Positions 63,111 through 64,000 of a DNA stretch of 64,000 nucleotides are shown piece after piece. Below the pieces are notes generated by a model. It was not told where the DNA came from and searched no databases. It saw only the letters and a program-made list of their open reading frames with translations. The stretch's first letter is position 1, and the number at the start of each line of letters is the position of its first letter. The DNA is from Tubiluchus corallicola. Taxonomy: Eukaryota; Animalia; Priapulida. The DNA lies in contig JAQGDQ010000029.1 in the NCBI GenBank assembly GCA_030141605.1, positions 248,001 to 312,000 of the forward strand. Reading direction: 5' to 3'. Position numbers and translations under genes: made by a program.

Positions 63111-64000
63111 AAAAGAAAACAAGACAGAAGTCAATATGAGTTTTTTTGAAGATTTGTCATAATCCTGCACAAACAGCAAGTTGCTAATGGTATATCAGCC
63201 TAATTATGCTAAGATTGAAGAATATGAGAGGTACAAGGGGATCATTTAAAATGTTCAGCAGTTTACAATCTAACTATTGAACATAGTCAGTGTCTAGCAG
63301 ATGCATCAGGTAAATAATGTTAAAAAAATAATACTGGTTGACAGATTAATTGCAAAATAACTCAAAGGCCAATTTCACAATGTCTATGACTTATAAAGGC
63401 AAAATAGTGCGAGTCAAAGAAATAACATAATATTTGCGTAAATGTAAAATGCATAACGCACTATAATAATATAGTGTTACACCAACTTTTATAACATTCT
63501 TAACTGCTTTTACAACTGCTCAACACATAAAGCCCAACACTATATTGCACCTCATACCGACAATATATACAAAAAGTATAATTAACATTTTACATTCTAA
63601 CAGCCTGAAAAATTACTTTGCTACAGTAAATATTGTTTTATATGAGTACTTGACAGATCTTTGAAAAAAATAGCTATTAGGCAAAACTGGTTTCAATAAT
63701 GGCCAAAAAATATTTCACAAATAGCATAATTTCAACTATTATATAGCAATCATGTCTGACTACAAATATTTGTGACTGCATTTCCTAAGTAAAAATACAA
63801 ATTTGATAAAACACAATAACAAAACAAAACTATCTCGATACCCAAAGTTTATATACAACACAATCTTTGGTTACATTTTTGGCAGAGTTTTTCAAACAAC
63901 AATAATAACAACAAAAGCAACAACGACTGGATTACAAAAATTAATGGATCTTTGGTGAATGACATATCACAATAATTAGGAAAACACAAAAAACTAATCT

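Overview
AT-rich, intron-rich animal (invertebrate, probably protostome) genomic DNA; most ORFs in the supplied track are spurious. Two genes were reconstructed by hand. (1) A complete RIF1 (telomere-associated / replication-timing factor) gene on the minus strand, about 29 coding exons from 58454 to 33797, about 2650 aa, with one 3961-bp exon, SILK/RVxF-type PP1 motifs and an E2F palindrome at the likely promoter. (2) A small two-coding-exon neuropeptide precursor on the plus strand (25426-26850), missed by the ORF track, encoding a pigment-dispersing factor (PDF/PDH)-family prepropeptide; its predicted mature peptide NAELINSLLGIPDIGRI-amide combines an arthropod-like N-terminus with a mollusc cerebrin-like C-terminus. 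The rest is TE debris and repeats: a BEL/Pao LTR-retrotransposon relic with an inverted integrase segment, an internally deleted pogo/Tigger element, hAT- and Harbinger-type MITEs, tRNA-derived SINE heads, Penelope-type minimal hammerhead ribozyme motifs (one nearly intact, sense in a RIF1 intron), a foldback-like minisatellite element, a 119-bp tandem array and microsatellites. All homology statements come from recalled protein motifs, not database searches.
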